The notes beneath the pieces were generated by a model. The model searched no databases. It was given only the letters and a program-made list of their open reading frames with translations, and was not told the DNA's origin. From the NCBI GenBank assembly GCA_050743365.1, contig JBOGFI010000072.1:25667-89666 (forward strand): a stretch of DNA of 64,000 bases, read 5' to 3'. Origin of the DNA: Acidimicrobiia bacterium (GTDB lineage: Bacteria > Actinomycetota > Acidimicrobiia > IMCC26256 > JACDBD01). The position numbers and the translations under genes are program-made. Within the stretch, counting starts at the first letter, position 1, and each line of letters begins with the position of its first letter. Of the stretch, positions 1 to 10,155 are shown in pieces.

Positions 1-1011
1 CACCCAGAGGTCCTCGAAGGGCGTCTCCGCTACGATCCGCCCGTTCACGACACAGTTGAGCGCGACGCCTCCGGCGAGCACGAGCCTCGGGCTCGGACAG
101 CGCGCGTGCAGGTTGCGGAGCCACTCCAGCTCGATCTCCTCGAGGCGCGCCTGCACGGACGCGGCAAGGTCGCGGTCGCGGTCGGTCACCTCGGATCGTG
201 GGACTCGTGCCGGCCCGAAGCGCTCGGCCACGTGGTCGGACCACAGTTGCCCGATCAGCGGCGTTCCTCCGGTCCAGGTCATGTCCACGCCGCGGTCGTG
301 ATGAACGAAGTAGTCGAGGTCGAGGCAGATCCGCATCCCGTCGAGGCCGACGACGTCGCGGAGCTCGTCGAGATACGAGGGCCCGCCGTACGCGGCGAGC
401 CCCATGAGCTTGTACTCGTCGCCGTACGACGGGAGGCCGAGGAACTGCGTGAACGCCGTGTAGAAGACGCCCAAGGAGTCCGGGAACCCGACGTTGCCAC
501 GCACGCCGATCGACGAGCCCTGGCCGACGCCCCACATCGCGGACACGTAGTCGCCCATGCCGTCGAGGGTCGCGGTCGTGGCGTCCTCGAACGGCGAGCA
601 TAGGAACGCGCTCGCCATGTGCGAGCGGTGGTGCTCGACTCGATGGAACTTCGCCCGCAGGTCCTTCGGATCGACGTCAAGCGTCGCCGCGAGCCCGTCA
701 CGCGCGGAGAGGATCTGGCGATTGTTGGAGAGCCGCTGACGAACGGAACGGATCGACCGTCGGTCGCGCAGTGTGCGCAACACCTTGCGCCCGATGTGAG
801 CGAGCGGGTCGCGCGAGATCCCGACATGGTCGATGTCACGCGCGCTCGCACCAGCTTGGCCCAGACACCAGCGCACAGCCTCCGACGGGAAGCCGGCCTG
901 GTGCTTCTCGCGCGTGAACCGCTCTTCCTCGACCGCCGCGACGACCTCCCCGTTGACGAGCACGCACGCCGAGGTGTCCCCGTGGTAGGCGTTGACGCCG
1001 AGGACGATCAC
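1..1011 (-). CDS. Carbamoyltransferase (NodU/CmcH family), N-terminal 337 codons; C-terminus lies beyond the window edge
   Basis: Absent from the ORF track because it runs off the edge. Own minus-strand translation from GTG at 1011-1009 gives VIVLGVNAYHGDTSACVLVNGEVVAAVEEERFTREKHQAGFPSEAV...HHRSHMASAF...YGDEYKLMGLAAYG, the typical N-terminal pattern of NodU/CmcH carbamoyltransferases. GC3 is high. It begins 7 nt after the stop of the upstream minus-strand gene. Confidence 0.8.
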   Translation of the reverse strand, partial: MIVLGVNAYHGDTSACVLVNGEVVAAVEEERFTREKHQAGFPSEAVRWCLGQAGASARDIDHVGISRDPLAHIGRKVLRTLRDRRSIRSVRQRLSNNRQILSARDGLAATLDVDPKDLRAKFHRVEHHRSHMASAFLCSPFEDATTATLDGMGDYVSAMWGVGQGSSIGVRGNVGFPDSLGVFYTAFTQFLGLPSYGDEYKLMGLAAYGGPSYLDELRDVVGLDGMRICLDLDYFVHHDRGVDMTWTGGTPLIGQLWSDHVAERFGPARVPRSEVTDRDRDLAASVQARLEEIELEWLRNLHARCPSPRLVLAGGVALNCVVNGRIVAETPFEDLWV

Positions 1012-1018
1012 CGCGCCG

Positions 1019-2056
1019 TCAAGAGGCGGCTGACGCGCTCACGGGCCGCTCCGTGAGCAGGTGCCCCAGGGATGCCCTGACCGCCTCAGGGTCCTTCGTC
1101 GCGGTGTACCAGTCCACGGTGCGACGGAGCCCATCGGCGAACGTCACCTGGGGCTCCCATCCGAGGAGCTTGCGCGCGAGGTGGTTGTCGGCGACTCGGT
1201 TCACTGGGCCGATGGGCATGTGCGGTTGCGTCTCGATCGGCGCCCGGTGCCCCGTGTAGTCGAAGACCAGCTCGACCGCGTCGAGGACGCGCACGCGTTC
1301 CATCGTGCCGAGGTTGACCGCGGTGCCGTCGTCGATGTGCTCGGCTGCCGCGACAGTGCCGAAGACGATGTCGTCCACGTAGGTCCAGTTGCGGATCTGC
1401 TCGCCGGTACCCCACACCGCGAACGGGCTCTCACCGATGAACGCACGGGCGATCATCGCCATAACAGCGTGGTTCTCGACGCCGCGGGGACCGTAGACGG
1501 TGAAGTACCGGCACGACGCCGTGCTCATGCCGTCCTCGCTGTGCAACGCGCGCAGCGTCAGCTCGCCCGCGAGTTTCGCCAACCCGTACATGCCATCCGG
1601 GTCGTATGGCGGCCCAACCATGTCCTCGCTGAGGTACAGCTCGTCAACGGGCTCCGTCTGGAGGTGCATCGGGTAGACGCATCCCGAGGACGCGAACGCG
1701 ATCTTGCCGACACCGGCGGCGCGACACGCGTCGAACAGCGTCTGGTCGAGACCGAGGTTTGTCGCGCATGCAACTTGGTGGAGGTCGACGTAACCGCGAC
1801 CGCCGTGGTCGGCCGCGAGATGGAACACGACCTCCCGATCCGCGCACACGCGGTGCGCGACGTCGGGATCGCCGAGGTCGCCCACTTGGAGGTCGACGTC
1901 GTCGGCGACCGCGGCCAGGTTGTCGCGACGGCCGCTCGAAAGGTCGTCGATCACGCGGACGTGCGCGCCCCGCGTGACCAGCACTTCGACGAGATGCGAT
2001 CCGATGAACGAGGCGCCACCCGTGACGAGCACCGCGCGGCCGGTCCAGAACGACAT
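1019..2056 (-). CDS. NAD-dependent epimerase/dehydratase (extended SDR)
   Basis: The track ORF 1019..2422 is over-extended. The real start is ATG at 2056 (MSFWTGRAVLVTGGASFIGSHLV), preceded by GAGGAAGGA. It has a GxxGxxG Rossmann motif and YGLAKLAGE (YxxxK). Confidence 0.85.
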   Translation of the reverse strand: MSFWTGRAVLVTGGASFIGSHLVEVLVTRGAHVRVIDDLSSGRRDNLAAVADDVDLQVGDLGDPDVAHRVCADREVVFHLAADHGGRGYVDLHQVACATNLGLDQTLFDACRAAGVGKIAFASSGCVYPMHLQTEPVDELYLSEDMVGPPYDPDGMYGLAKLAGELTLRALHSEDGMSTASCRYFTVYGPRGVENHAVMAMIARAFIGESPFAVWGTGEQIRNWTYVDDIVFGTVAAAEHIDDGTAVNLGTMERVRVLDAVELVFDYTGHRAPIETQPHMPIGPVNRVADNHLARKLLGWEPQVTFADGLRRTVDWYTATKDPEAVRASLGHLLTERPVSASAAS

Positions 2057-2066
2057 GGGTCCTTCC

Positions 2067-3275
2067 TCATCCTGTGGGGCCTGCGACCTGCCCCGACGGC
2101 CGGGCCGCGGCTTCGACCAGCTCGACGAACCGTAGCAGTAGGCGTTCGCGCGCGAACGCTTTTCCCGCCGCGGCCGCCCGGTCGGCCATCGTCGCCCGGC
2201 GGCCCGGGTCGCGGCGGAGCTCGGCGAGGTGTGCTGCGATGTTGCCCGGGTCCTCGGGATCGGCGACGACCCCGCAGCCCCATTCGGCCACGAGGTGCGC
2301 GGCCTCGCTCTCGGCCGGGACGACGGCCAGGACGGGACGGCCATACGCGAGCGCTGTGAACAGCTTGCTGGGTACGACGAAGCCAGCGAGCCCCGGACGG
2401 AGCGCGACGACCTGCACGTCACCCGCGGCCATCACGGACGCGAGCTCCGCGCGTGGTCGGAACGGGACGACTCGCAACCCACGATCGCGCAAGACCTCGG
2501 CGCGCACGCCATCGCCGACGAAGAGGAAGGCATCGTGACCGACACGGTCCGCGGTCTGCGCGAGCTGCTCCCAGGGACCTGCCGCGCCGAGATTGCCGGC
2601 GTGGACGGCGAGGAAGTCGGTGCCCGCGCGCAGCTCGGCGACGACGACAGGATCCGGCGCCCCGGCGGGTGCAGCCGCGCCGTCTGGCACCACGACGACG
2701 CCCTCGGCAGGAACGCCGCGCTCGCGCACACGCGTCGCCATCGTCTCACCGAGACAGATCACGAGCCGGCAGCGGCGCATTGCGGCTGTGTGCACCCACG
2801 ACCAGGCGCGCGTGGACGGGCCGGAACGCACCATGCCGGTCTCGAGCGCGGTGTCGGGATGGAGGTCGCGCAGGCTGTAGACGACAGGACGTCCGCGCGC
2901 GATCAGGAGCGCGGACAGCACCGCAAGCGGAGGATCCGAGCCCGCGATCACGACGTCAGGACGACGACGAATCACGCCGAGGATGACCGCGAGGCAGAGG
3001 TACGAGACGTAGTTCGCGGCACGACCGGCTGCGTTTCGACGATCAAAGCCCGTCGATCCCACGCGCACGATCTCGACGCCGTTACGTCGCTTCCGCTGCC
3101 GCGGCTGCCAGCGCGTCCGTTCCATCGGGTCGTACGACGGATGTCCGCAGAGCACCGTGACGTCGTTGCCAGCACGGACGAGCGCGTCGGCGATCTCGGC
3201 GAAGACGGCCGCGGTCGCGGAGGTATCCGGCGGGAAGTACTGGTTGACGAGGAGAATGGTCATGGAACCGACCAA
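2067..3275 (-). CDS. Glycosyltransferase family 4 (WcaI-like)
   Basis: The N-terminus MTILLVNQYFPPDTSATAAVF is typical of WcaI-type GT4 enzymes. An alternative start is ATG at 3263. The gene is divergent from the + operon starting at 3318. Confidence 0.85.
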   Translation of the reverse strand: MVGSMTILLVNQYFPPDTSATAAVFAEIADALVRAGNDVTVLCGHPSYDPMERTRWQPRQRKRRNGVEIVRVGSTGFDRRNAAGRAANYVSYLCLAVILGVIRRRPDVVIAGSDPPLAVLSALLIARGRPVVYSLRDLHPDTALETGMVRSGPSTRAWSWVHTAAMRRCRLVICLGETMATRVRERGVPAEGVVVVPDGAAAPAGAPDPVVVAELRAGTDFLAVHAGNLGAAGPWEQLAQTADRVGHDAFLFVGDGVRAEVLRDRGLRVVPFRPRAELASVMAAGDVQVVALRPGLAGFVVPSKLFTALAYGRPVLAVVPAESEAAHLVAEWGCGVVADPEDPGNIAAHLAELRRDPGRRATMADRAAAAGKAFARERLLLRFVELVEAAARPSGQVAGPTG

Positions 3276-3317
3276 TGCATAGCAGTCTCGCCGCCAAACC
3301 GGGTCCCGGGAAGAGTG

Positions 3318-4508
3318 ATGGATAGGATCGCCGCGATGCCCACCGCGCCGCGCCTGCTCGTCCTCGCGACCGATCCGTGGGGCGTCGGAGGCATCCAGCG
3401 CATTACTCGTTCTGTGCTCGCGACACTCTCGGACGCGTACGGACCCGATCGCGCGGGACTCCTGGCGATCTGGGAAGGCGACGGCTTACTGCCACCCTGT
3501 GTGATCCTGCACCGTGGCCATCCTGCACGAGCAGGATCCACAGGACGAGTCCCGCTCGGTGCCCGCATCTCGTATGCCACGGCGGCCGTGCGCGCGGCAC
3601 GCCGGTGGCGTGCGGACCCACTGCTCGTCGTCGCATGCCATCCCCACCTCGCGCCTATCGCCTGGGTCGCGGCCCGCGCAGCCAAGAGCCCCTTCGTCGT
3701 CTGGTGCTACGGCATCGAGGTCTGGGGATCGTTGCGTCGCAGCGTCCGCGCCGCGCTCACTCGCGCCGACCGGCTGCTCGCGATCAGCGAGTTCACTGCC
3801 GACCGTCTCGACGAGGCGGTACCGGGTGCGCGGACCCGCACGACCGTCGTGTCGCCGGGTGCCACGGTGGTCGACATTCCCGACGATCCCGTCGCACGCG
3901 ATTCCATGCTCGTGCTCACCGTCTCGCGCCTGGATCCCGAACACGCGTACAAGGGCGTTGACACGCTCCTGTTGGCGTGGCCGCGTGTGCTCATGGAAGT
4001 ACCGAACGCACACCTCACGGTCGTGGGCGACGGAGGGGCACGAGCGCATCTCGAAGGATTGGCGCGTCGGCTCGACGTCGGTAAGAGCGTCTGCTTCCTC
4101 GGCCGCGTCAGCGATGACGAGCTGCGCTCGCTCTACGCGCGCACCGGTCTGTTCGCGCTCCCCGGGCGTGCGCGCCTGGGTGCGCGTCCCGAGGGCGAGG
4201 GCTTCGGCGTTGTGTTCCTCGAGGCCGGCGCAGCCGGGCTTCCTGTCGTCGCCGGCGATGCCGGTGGCGCGCGCGAGGCCGTCGTCGACGGCGAGACCGG
4301 TCTCCTCGTCGACCCCGAGGACCCGGACGACGTCGCCGAGGCGATCGTGTGGGTGCTCACCGATCCCGCAGTCGCCCGGCGGCTGGGCACCGCGGGACGA
4401 CGCCACGCCAACGGACCCGGGTCGGAAGCGGCCTTCCGCGCGCGCGTCCTCGAGGTGGTCGACGAGCTCGTCACCTCTCGATCGCCGGGCGACCCGGTGC
4501 AGGTGTAG
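3318..4508 (+). CDS. Glycosyltransferase family 4
   Basis: This is the C-terminal part of track ORF 2229..4508; the in-frame ATG at 3318 gives MDRIAAMPTAPRLLVLATDPWGVGGIQR. The GT-B signature EGFGVVFLEAGAAGLPVVAGDAGGAREAVVDGETGLLV is present. Alternative starts are at 3315 and 3336. Confidence 0.85.
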   Translation: MDRIAAMPTAPRLLVLATDPWGVGGIQRITRSVLATLSDAYGPDRAGLLAIWEGDGLLPPCVILHRGHPARAGSTGRVPLGARISYATAAVRAARRWRADPLLVVACHPHLAPIAWVAARAAKSPFVVWCYGIEVWGSLRRSVRAALTRADRLLAISEFTADRLDEAVPGARTRTTVVSPGATVVDIPDDPVARDSMLVLTVSRLDPEHAYKGVDTLLLAWPRVLMEVPNAHLTVVGDGGARAHLEGLARRLDVGKSVCFLGRVSDDELRSLYARTGLFALPGRARLGARPEGEGFGVVFLEAGAAGLPVVAGDAGGAREAVVDGETGLLVDPEDPDDVAEAIVWVLTDPAVARRLGTAGRRHANGPGSEAAFRARVLEVVDELVTSRSPGDPVQV

Positions 4509-4512
4509 AGCG

Positions 4513-6345
4513 ATGTGCGGCGTCGTCGGGGCGATCAGTACCACGCCCGACACGACCCGATCACGTATCGAGGCTGCTCTCGACGCGCTCCGCCACCGCG
4601 GGCCGGAGACGCACGGCCTGGAGACGCTCGCGCTCGCGTCGGTGCAATGCGTCCTCGGCCACACGCGTCTGCGCATCATCGACCTGTCACCAGACGCGAA
4701 CCAACCGCTCTCCAACGGGCGCGGCACGACGTGGGTCTCGTACAACGGAGAGATCTACAACCACAGCGAGCTGCGCTCCGAGCTCGAGGCCGCCGGGGCA
4801 GAGTTTCGCTCCAGGAGCGACACGGAGGTGCTCGTCCACCTCTACGACCGTTACGACGGTGACGTCGACGCGATGCTGGCACGCCTGCGGGGCATGTTCG
4901 CGTTCGCGCTCGTTGATACGAGTCGCCGCCGGGTCGTGCTCGCCCGCGACCGGCTCGGCATCAAGCCGCTGTACTGGACCCACCACGAGGGCCGCTTGGC
5001 ATTCGCATCCGAATGCCGCGCCCTTGTACGGAGCGGATTGGCGCCCACGACGGCCGACGTGGACACACTGAACAGCTACCTCTTCTGGGGCGTCGTGCCG
5101 GGCCCGCGCACCGTGTACTCGGAGATCCACGAGCTCATGCCGGGCTCGTATCTTGAATGGGACGAGGGCGCCGAGCGTCATGTTCGCTGGTGGTGTCCGA
5201 GTACCGATATCGACGACCAGCTCGGCGCCGACGCAGAGCGCGTCGTGCGCGCAGCGCTCCACGACTCCGTCGCGCGTCACCTGGTGGCGGACCGAACGAT
5301 CGGCGTCTTCCTGTCGAGCGGCGTTGACTCTCTTGCGGTCGCCACGACCGCAGCAGCGCTCGCCGGAAGCGATCTGCGCTCCCTGACCGTCACGTTCCCG
5401 GACGAGCCCTTCGACGAGGGAACGGTGGAGACGACCGCGCACCGACTCGGTTCTCGTCACGATCGCGTGCCCGTGACGGGCACCGAAGTCGCGGCCGCCA
5501 TGCCCGAGATCGTCTCGGCCATGGACCAGCCAACGCTCGACGGCGTGAACACCTGGCTCGTCTGTCGGGCGGCAGCGCAGGCCGGGCTTGTCGTCGCCCT
5601 CTCGGGCCTCGGCGGCGACGAGCTCTTCGGTGGCTATCCGACGTTCCGTCGCGTCCCCCAGCTCGCTCGCATTTCGGCGCTCACCCGGGTTGTGCCCATC
5701 GCGTTACGCGACCGTCTCGCGCTCGTGCGGGCACGACGACGCCCGGGAAGCTCGCAAGCGCGCGGCCTCGCCGGCGCTCCAGGGGTCATCGGCGGCTACG
5801 CGGCCACCCGCGGCTTGTTCGCGCCAACGGAGCTTCCCGATCACGGGCGCCGTGCGCTCGACACACTGGCACAGACATGCGGGCTCGACGGCGTTCGCGA
5901 CCCGCGGCTCGCCGTCGGCTGCCTCGAGCTCGCGCACTATCTCCCCAACCAGCTCCTTCGAGACACGGACGTGATGTCGATGGCGCACTCGCTCGAGGTA
6001 CGTGTGCCGCTGATCGACGACGTGCTCGTGAATGTCGTCACGGCGCTACCACCCGCCATCCGGTTCGAACCGGACAAGCAACTCCTGACCCGGGCTGCGG
6101 CTCTGCGCGAGAGCCTCCGCAAGCAGCCGTTCGCGCTCCCGTTCGCATCCTGGCTGCGCGGACCGCTTCGCGACGACGTCCGTCGGGGCCTGCTCTCGGC
6201 GGACCTCCCGCTCGGCGACGTGATCCCGGTGCCGTTGCGCGACCGGGTCTGGCACGCGTTGGAGGCCGGGCGCGTCCATTGGTCACGGCCGTGGGCCCTC
6301 GCCGTCGTTCGCCTGTGGGCCGAGGCGAACGGAGTCGACACGTGA
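4513..6345 (+). CDS. Asparagine synthase (glutamine-hydrolysing) family amidotransferase
   Basis: In-frame ATG at 4513 gives MCGVVG, with the N-terminal Cys nucleophile. The motifs RGPE and YNGEIYN are present, as is the PP-loop FLSSGVDS. The gene sits 5 nt after the previous stop. Confidence 0.9.
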   Translation: MCGVVGAISTTPDTTRSRIEAALDALRHRGPETHGLETLALASVQCVLGHTRLRIIDLSPDANQPLSNGRGTTWVSYNGEIYNHSELRSELEAAGAEFRSRSDTEVLVHLYDRYDGDVDAMLARLRGMFAFALVDTSRRRVVLARDRLGIKPLYWTHHEGRLAFASECRALVRSGLAPTTADVDTLNSYLFWGVVPGPRTVYSEIHELMPGSYLEWDEGAERHVRWWCPSTDIDDQLGADAERVVRAALHDSVARHLVADRTIGVFLSSGVDSLAVATTAAALAGSDLRSLTVTFPDEPFDEGTVETTAHRLGSRHDRVPVTGTEVAAAMPEIVSAMDQPTLDGVNTWLVCRAAAQAGLVVALSGLGGDELFGGYPTFRRVPQLARISALTRVVPIALRDRLALVRARRRPGSSQARGLAGAPGVIGGYAATRGLFAPTELPDHGRRALDTLAQTCGLDGVRDPRLAVGCLELAHYLPNQLLRDTDVMSMAHSLEVRVPLIDDVLVNVVTALPPAIRFEPDKQLLTRAAALRESLRKQPFALPFASWLRGPLRDDVRRGLLSADLPLGDVIPVPLRDRVWHALEAGRVHWSRPWALAVVRLWAEANGVDT

Positions 6346-7475
6346 GCGACGTCGCCAATACGAGGCCACGCGTCGTCCTCACCGTGCCATCGCTCGCCCG
6401 CGAGTTCGGAGGGCCGATCGACAAGGCTCGGCGACTGGCCGGCGCGTTGCGTCAGCTCGGTCACGAGGTGACGCTCGTCGGACCGGGGCGCGACGCGAAC
6501 GGACGCGCGGTAGCGCTCGGCCAACGAGGCCGGTTCCGGAGCACTCCAGTACCTCGCCATCTCGGCCCACTCCGCGCTGCGATCTCCGAGAGCGAGGTCG
6601 TCCACGTGCTCGGCTACCGGGATCCTGTAGGCACACTCGCCACGTTCGCAGCCCGACGCCGACGGGTCCCGTACGTGCTCGAGCCATGCGGCATGCACCG
6701 TCGCCGGATCCGCAGTCACGCCCTCAAGGCGGGCTTCGACGCGACCGCGGGGCGGCTCGTGATCTCAGGTGCGAGCCGCATCGTCGCGACATCGCGCGTC
6801 GAGCATGACGAGCTCGTCGCGGACGGCATCGTCCGCGAGCGGATCGTCGTACGCGCGAACGGGGTCGACGTCGACACCACCCTGGATGCAGCCGCTGGCC
6901 GAGCGCTTCGCGAGCGGTTCGGGATTCCCCGAGATGTCCCGCTCGTGATCTCGATCGGACGGCTCACGGCGAAGAAGGGACTGACGTCGCTCGTGCGGGC
7001 CGTCGCGGGACTCCCGACGCCATGGTTGCTGATCGCCGGCCCGGACGCTGGAGATGGCACGATCGCGCGATTGCGCGCGCTGCGCGACGACCTCCGGGCC
7101 ACCGACAGGATCGTGATCGTCATCGATGGGCTCTGGGGCGACGACAAGACGGCCGCGTTGGCAGCCGCCGACGTGTTCTGCCTGCCGTCGGTCAGCGAGA
7201 ACTTCGGCACGGCAGCCGCCGAAGCGGCCGTCGTAGGCGTGCCGGTGGTCGTGTCCGATCAGTGCGGCGTCGGGGAGTGGCTCGATCCCTCGGCGACGCG
7301 AACCGTGCCGCACGCAGACGTCGAGGCACTTCGCACGGCGGTGGGCGAGATGATCTCGGATCCGGGCGTCCCCGCTGCCGCGAGAGGCGCGGCGTCTGCG
7401 GTGCGCGAGCGACTCGACTGGCGCTCGCTCGCGGCCCAACAAGCCGACATCTACCGCGAGCTCAAGGCGCGCTGA
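6342..7475 (+). CDS. Glycosyltransferase family 4
   Basis: Its GTG start overlaps the asnB-like stop (GTGA at 6342-6345). The C-terminal region LPSVSENFGTAAAEAAVVGVPVVVSDQCGVGEW is a GT-B signature. Confidence 0.8.
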   Translation: MSDVANTRPRVVLTVPSLAREFGGPIDKARRLAGALRQLGHEVTLVGPGRDANGRAVALGQRGRFRSTPVPRHLGPLRAAISESEVVHVLGYRDPVGTLATFAARRRRVPYVLEPCGMHRRRIRSHALKAGFDATAGRLVISGASRIVATSRVEHDELVADGIVRERIVVRANGVDVDTTLDAAAGRALRERFGIPRDVPLVISIGRLTAKKGLTSLVRAVAGLPTPWLLIAGPDAGDGTIARLRALRDDLRATDRIVIVIDGLWGDDKTAALAAADVFCLPSVSENFGTAAAEAAVVGVPVVVSDQCGVGEWLDPSATRTVPHADVEALRTAVGEMISDPGVPAAARGAASAVRERLDWRSLAAQQADIYRELKAR

Positions 7476-7498
7476 TCTCCGCCGCCCACGAGGGAGGC

Positions 7499-8272
7499 AT
7501 GCTGCACAGGACCGAACGCCGTCTGACGCTCGGCTGCGGCGATACCGTGTCCGCGGTGACGAGTCGGGGTACCGACGTGGAGATCAACCGACGCGTGTGG
7601 GAGAAGGCCGCCGGCGTCAGCGATCTCCGGGAATCACGGCTGCGGCGCGTGGCCGAGGTCGTCGCGGCCTTGCCGCCGGGGAAGCTACTCGACGTCGGCT
7701 GCGGTCGTGGTGCCTTCGGGTCGTTCGTGCGGAAGCAGCTCGGGTGGGAGGTGCACGGCGTCGAGCTGATCGACGACTTCGTTGCGGAAGCCGCCAAACG
7801 ACTCCATTCCGCGCAGGCCGTCGCGATCAGCGAGGCGCCGCTTCCGTTCCCCTCCGACTCCTTCGACCTGGTGTTCGCAGGCGAGATCATCGAGCACCTC
7901 GTCGACACCGACGCCTTCCTCGCCGAGATCGCACGTGTCACGCAACCGGGCGGCACGGTGATCGTGACCACGCCGAATCTGGCGAGCTTCGAGAACCGGC
8001 TGCGGATCCTGCTCGGCCTTTATCCGATCTGGGTCGATTACCGCGCCGGCGGCGAGGGCCACGTGCGTGCGTACACACCGCGGGTCCTCAAGCGCCAGCT
8101 CCGCGCACACGGCCTCGAGCCCCTCCGCCACCTCGGCAACTGGGTACCGTTCCTCCCGCAGCGATTCGCCGACGATCTACGGCACCCGTGGCTGAGCGTC
8201 ACGGGAAAGTGGCTTCCTTCCCTCGCGATGGACATCATCATCGTCGCGCGCAAGCGAGGGGTCGCGCGCTGA
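7499..8272 (+). CDS. Class I SAM-dependent methyltransferase
   Basis: ATG at 7499 is preceded by GAGGGAGG. Motif I is LLDVGCGRGAFG, followed by DLVFAGEIIEHL. Confidence 0.85.
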   Translation: MLHRTERRLTLGCGDTVSAVTSRGTDVEINRRVWEKAAGVSDLRESRLRRVAEVVAALPPGKLLDVGCGRGAFGSFVRKQLGWEVHGVELIDDFVAEAAKRLHSAQAVAISEAPLPFPSDSFDLVFAGEIIEHLVDTDAFLAEIARVTQPGGTVIVTTPNLASFENRLRILLGLYPIWVDYRAGGEGHVRAYTPRVLKRQLRAHGLEPLRHLGNWVPFLPQRFADDLRHPWLSVTGKWLPSLAMDIIIVARKRGVAR

Positions 8273-8292
8273 GTCCAGGAGCCTGATGACAC

Positions 8293-9435
8293 GTGCCGGT
8301 GGTCATCTACTACTGCACGGTCCACAGCTGGTTCGACCGTCCACACTTCTATCAGGGCTTAGCGCGAGCGCTCGCGCGAAACCACAGCGTGCTCTATGTC
8401 TGTCCCCCGCGAGGGCGCCGGGCACTCCGTCCGCACCGTGACGACGCGCGCCCGATCCGTGGGGGGCTCCTTTCTCAACTGGCGCCGCGCCTCGTCGTGC
8501 TCGAGCCGCTCATCGCACCCGGCGCGCGCTTCTACCGTCGTGTCGACGTGTTCAGACGGCGGTGCGATGACCTAGTGGCGCGCACGACGCTCGCGGCTAT
8601 GCAGGAACTCGAGCTTGACCGGCCCGAGTTCATCCTCGCCTTCGCTCCCGACGCGACAGCGCTCCTCGCTCGGTTCGGGGACGCTCGCTCCGCGTACTGG
8701 ACGGGTGACGAGGTCACGATGCCACGCGAGGACGAGCTGGTGCAGCGCGTGGACGTCGTGTTCGCCGTGTCCGGACCCGCGTACCAGCGCAACATCGCTC
8801 GAGCTGCGAGACGCGTGCATCGCATGCCAATGGCGATCGATCCCGAACCGTTCGTCACCGCAGCCGAGCTGGGCGCTACTCCTCCGGATCTCGTAGGCCT
8901 CCCGCGACCGTTCATCGGGTACGGGGGCGGAATGAGTCGCCGCATGAACTGGGAGCTGATTGCCGAGGTCGCGCGACACGCTACGGGTACCGTCGTCCTT
9001 GTGGGTCCGGTCCTCGACGGCGTCGCCCGGGTGGCGATCGCCGGGCTGATCAAACGCGACAACGTCCGCTGGCTCGGTCACCGCGACGCCGAGGCGGTAC
9101 CTCATTACCTCGCTACCCTCGACGTCGGATTGATCCCATACGTTCGCAACGCGTTCAACGACGGCTCGAATCCGGTGAAGGCCTACGAGTACCTCGCCGC
9201 GGGGATCCCCGTGGTAGGGACGTGCATCCCGTCGTTGGTCGAGCTCGGCGAGCTCATCGACTGCGAGGACGATCCCGAGCGCTTCGTCGCCGCGGTCGCA
9301 GCTGCCGCGAGGCCCGAGCGACGCGCCCCCGAGCTCGTCGCCAGGCGCCGACTGGCAGCCCGGGCCCACGACTACACCGCGCTCGTCCGGCGCATCCACG
9401 ATGTCCTGGGCGGACGTGATGCCAACGGGACCTGA
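8293..9435 (+). CDS. Glycosyltransferase (GT-B fold, group 1-like)
   Basis: The C-terminal region LDVGLIPYVRNAFNDGSNPVKAYEYLAAGIPVVGT resembles GT1-family nucleotide-sugar binding regions. The start is GTG. Confidence 0.7.
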   Translation: MPVVIYYCTVHSWFDRPHFYQGLARALARNHSVLYVCPPRGRRALRPHRDDARPIRGGLLSQLAPRLVVLEPLIAPGARFYRRVDVFRRRCDDLVARTTLAAMQELELDRPEFILAFAPDATALLARFGDARSAYWTGDEVTMPREDELVQRVDVVFAVSGPAYQRNIARAARRVHRMPMAIDPEPFVTAAELGATPPDLVGLPRPFIGYGGGMSRRMNWELIAEVARHATGTVVLVGPVLDGVARVAIAGLIKRDNVRWLGHRDAEAVPHYLATLDVGLIPYVRNAFNDGSNPVKAYEYLAAGIPVVGTCIPSLVELGELIDCEDDPERFVAAVAAAARPERRAPELVARRRLAARAHDYTALVRRIHDVLGGRDANGT

Positions 9436-9438
9436 TCC

Positions 9439-10155
9439 GTGGGAGCACGCATCGAGCGGCTCGACTGGGACAGTGCCTTCTTCGGCGTACCGATCGTGCG
9501 GGTGCGGTCCGACGCGTCTGACGACCTCGATGCCGTCGCCCGCGAGGCGGATGCCGACGACGTGGCTTGCACGTACTTGATGACGGAGCCACCCTCGATC
9601 GGCGGCGCGGGCGCGCCCGAGCAGGCAGGGTTCTTCCTCGTCGACGTGCAACTCGAGCTTGTCCGCTCACTTCAGGACGCGATTGCCCACGACCACGCCC
9701 CGGTTCGGGCCGGGAGGCCCGCGGACGCCGCCGGACTCGACCCGGTACTCGACGAGCTGGCGCCCTGGAGTCGATTCGCCGTCGATCCCGGTTTCGGTCT
9801 CGCGGCCGCGCGCCGCTTGTACGGGGCGTGGCTCGAGCGCGCCCTTCGTCACGAGGACGAGCTCGTGCTCGTCGCCGAACACCACGAGCAGCCCATCGGG
9901 TTTGTTACGTGCGCATTCGACCCGGAGCCCACCATCGGTCTCATCGGCACGACCGAATCCGGGCGCGGGACCGGGAAGGCGCTGTTCGCCGGCGTCGTGG
10001 CTAGGGCGCGCGAACACCGCGAAACCCGCTCGCTGCACGTCCGTACCCAGGCGCGGAACGTCCGCGCGCTCAGCTACTACGCGCGAGTCGGGTTCGCTGT
10101 CACCGCCGCGCAGTACGTGTACCACCGTTGGCACGACGAAGGCCCTCGACCTTGA
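9439..10155 (+). CDS. GNAT N-acetyltransferase, WecD (dTDP-fucosamine acetyltransferase)-like
   Basis: The N-terminal LDWDSAFFGVPIVRV matches, from memory, the WecD LxWxxxFFG pattern. The C-terminal GNAT core is GRGTGKALF. Confidence 0.7.
   Translation: MGARIERLDWDSAFFGVPIVRVRSDASDDLDAVAREADADDVACTYLMTEPPSIGGAGAPEQAGFFLVDVQLELVRSLQDAIAHDHAPVRAGRPADAAGLDPVLDELAPWSRFAVDPGFGLAAARRLYGAWLERALRHEDELVLVAEHHEQPIGFVTCAFDPEPTIGLIGTTESGRGTGKALFAGVVARAREHRETRSLHVRTQARNVRALSYYARVGFAVTAAQYVYHRWHDEGPRP

Noticed and set aside
2229-3317. Long N-terminal extensions of + strand ORFs, for example 2229..3317, 3514..4512, 5877..6341, 7022..7498, 11875..12819 and 16780..17070
   Set aside because: Each overlaps a better-supported gene in another frame or on the other strand. 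In every case an internal start with an SD or a 4-nt stop/start overlap gives a protein that begins at the conserved domain.
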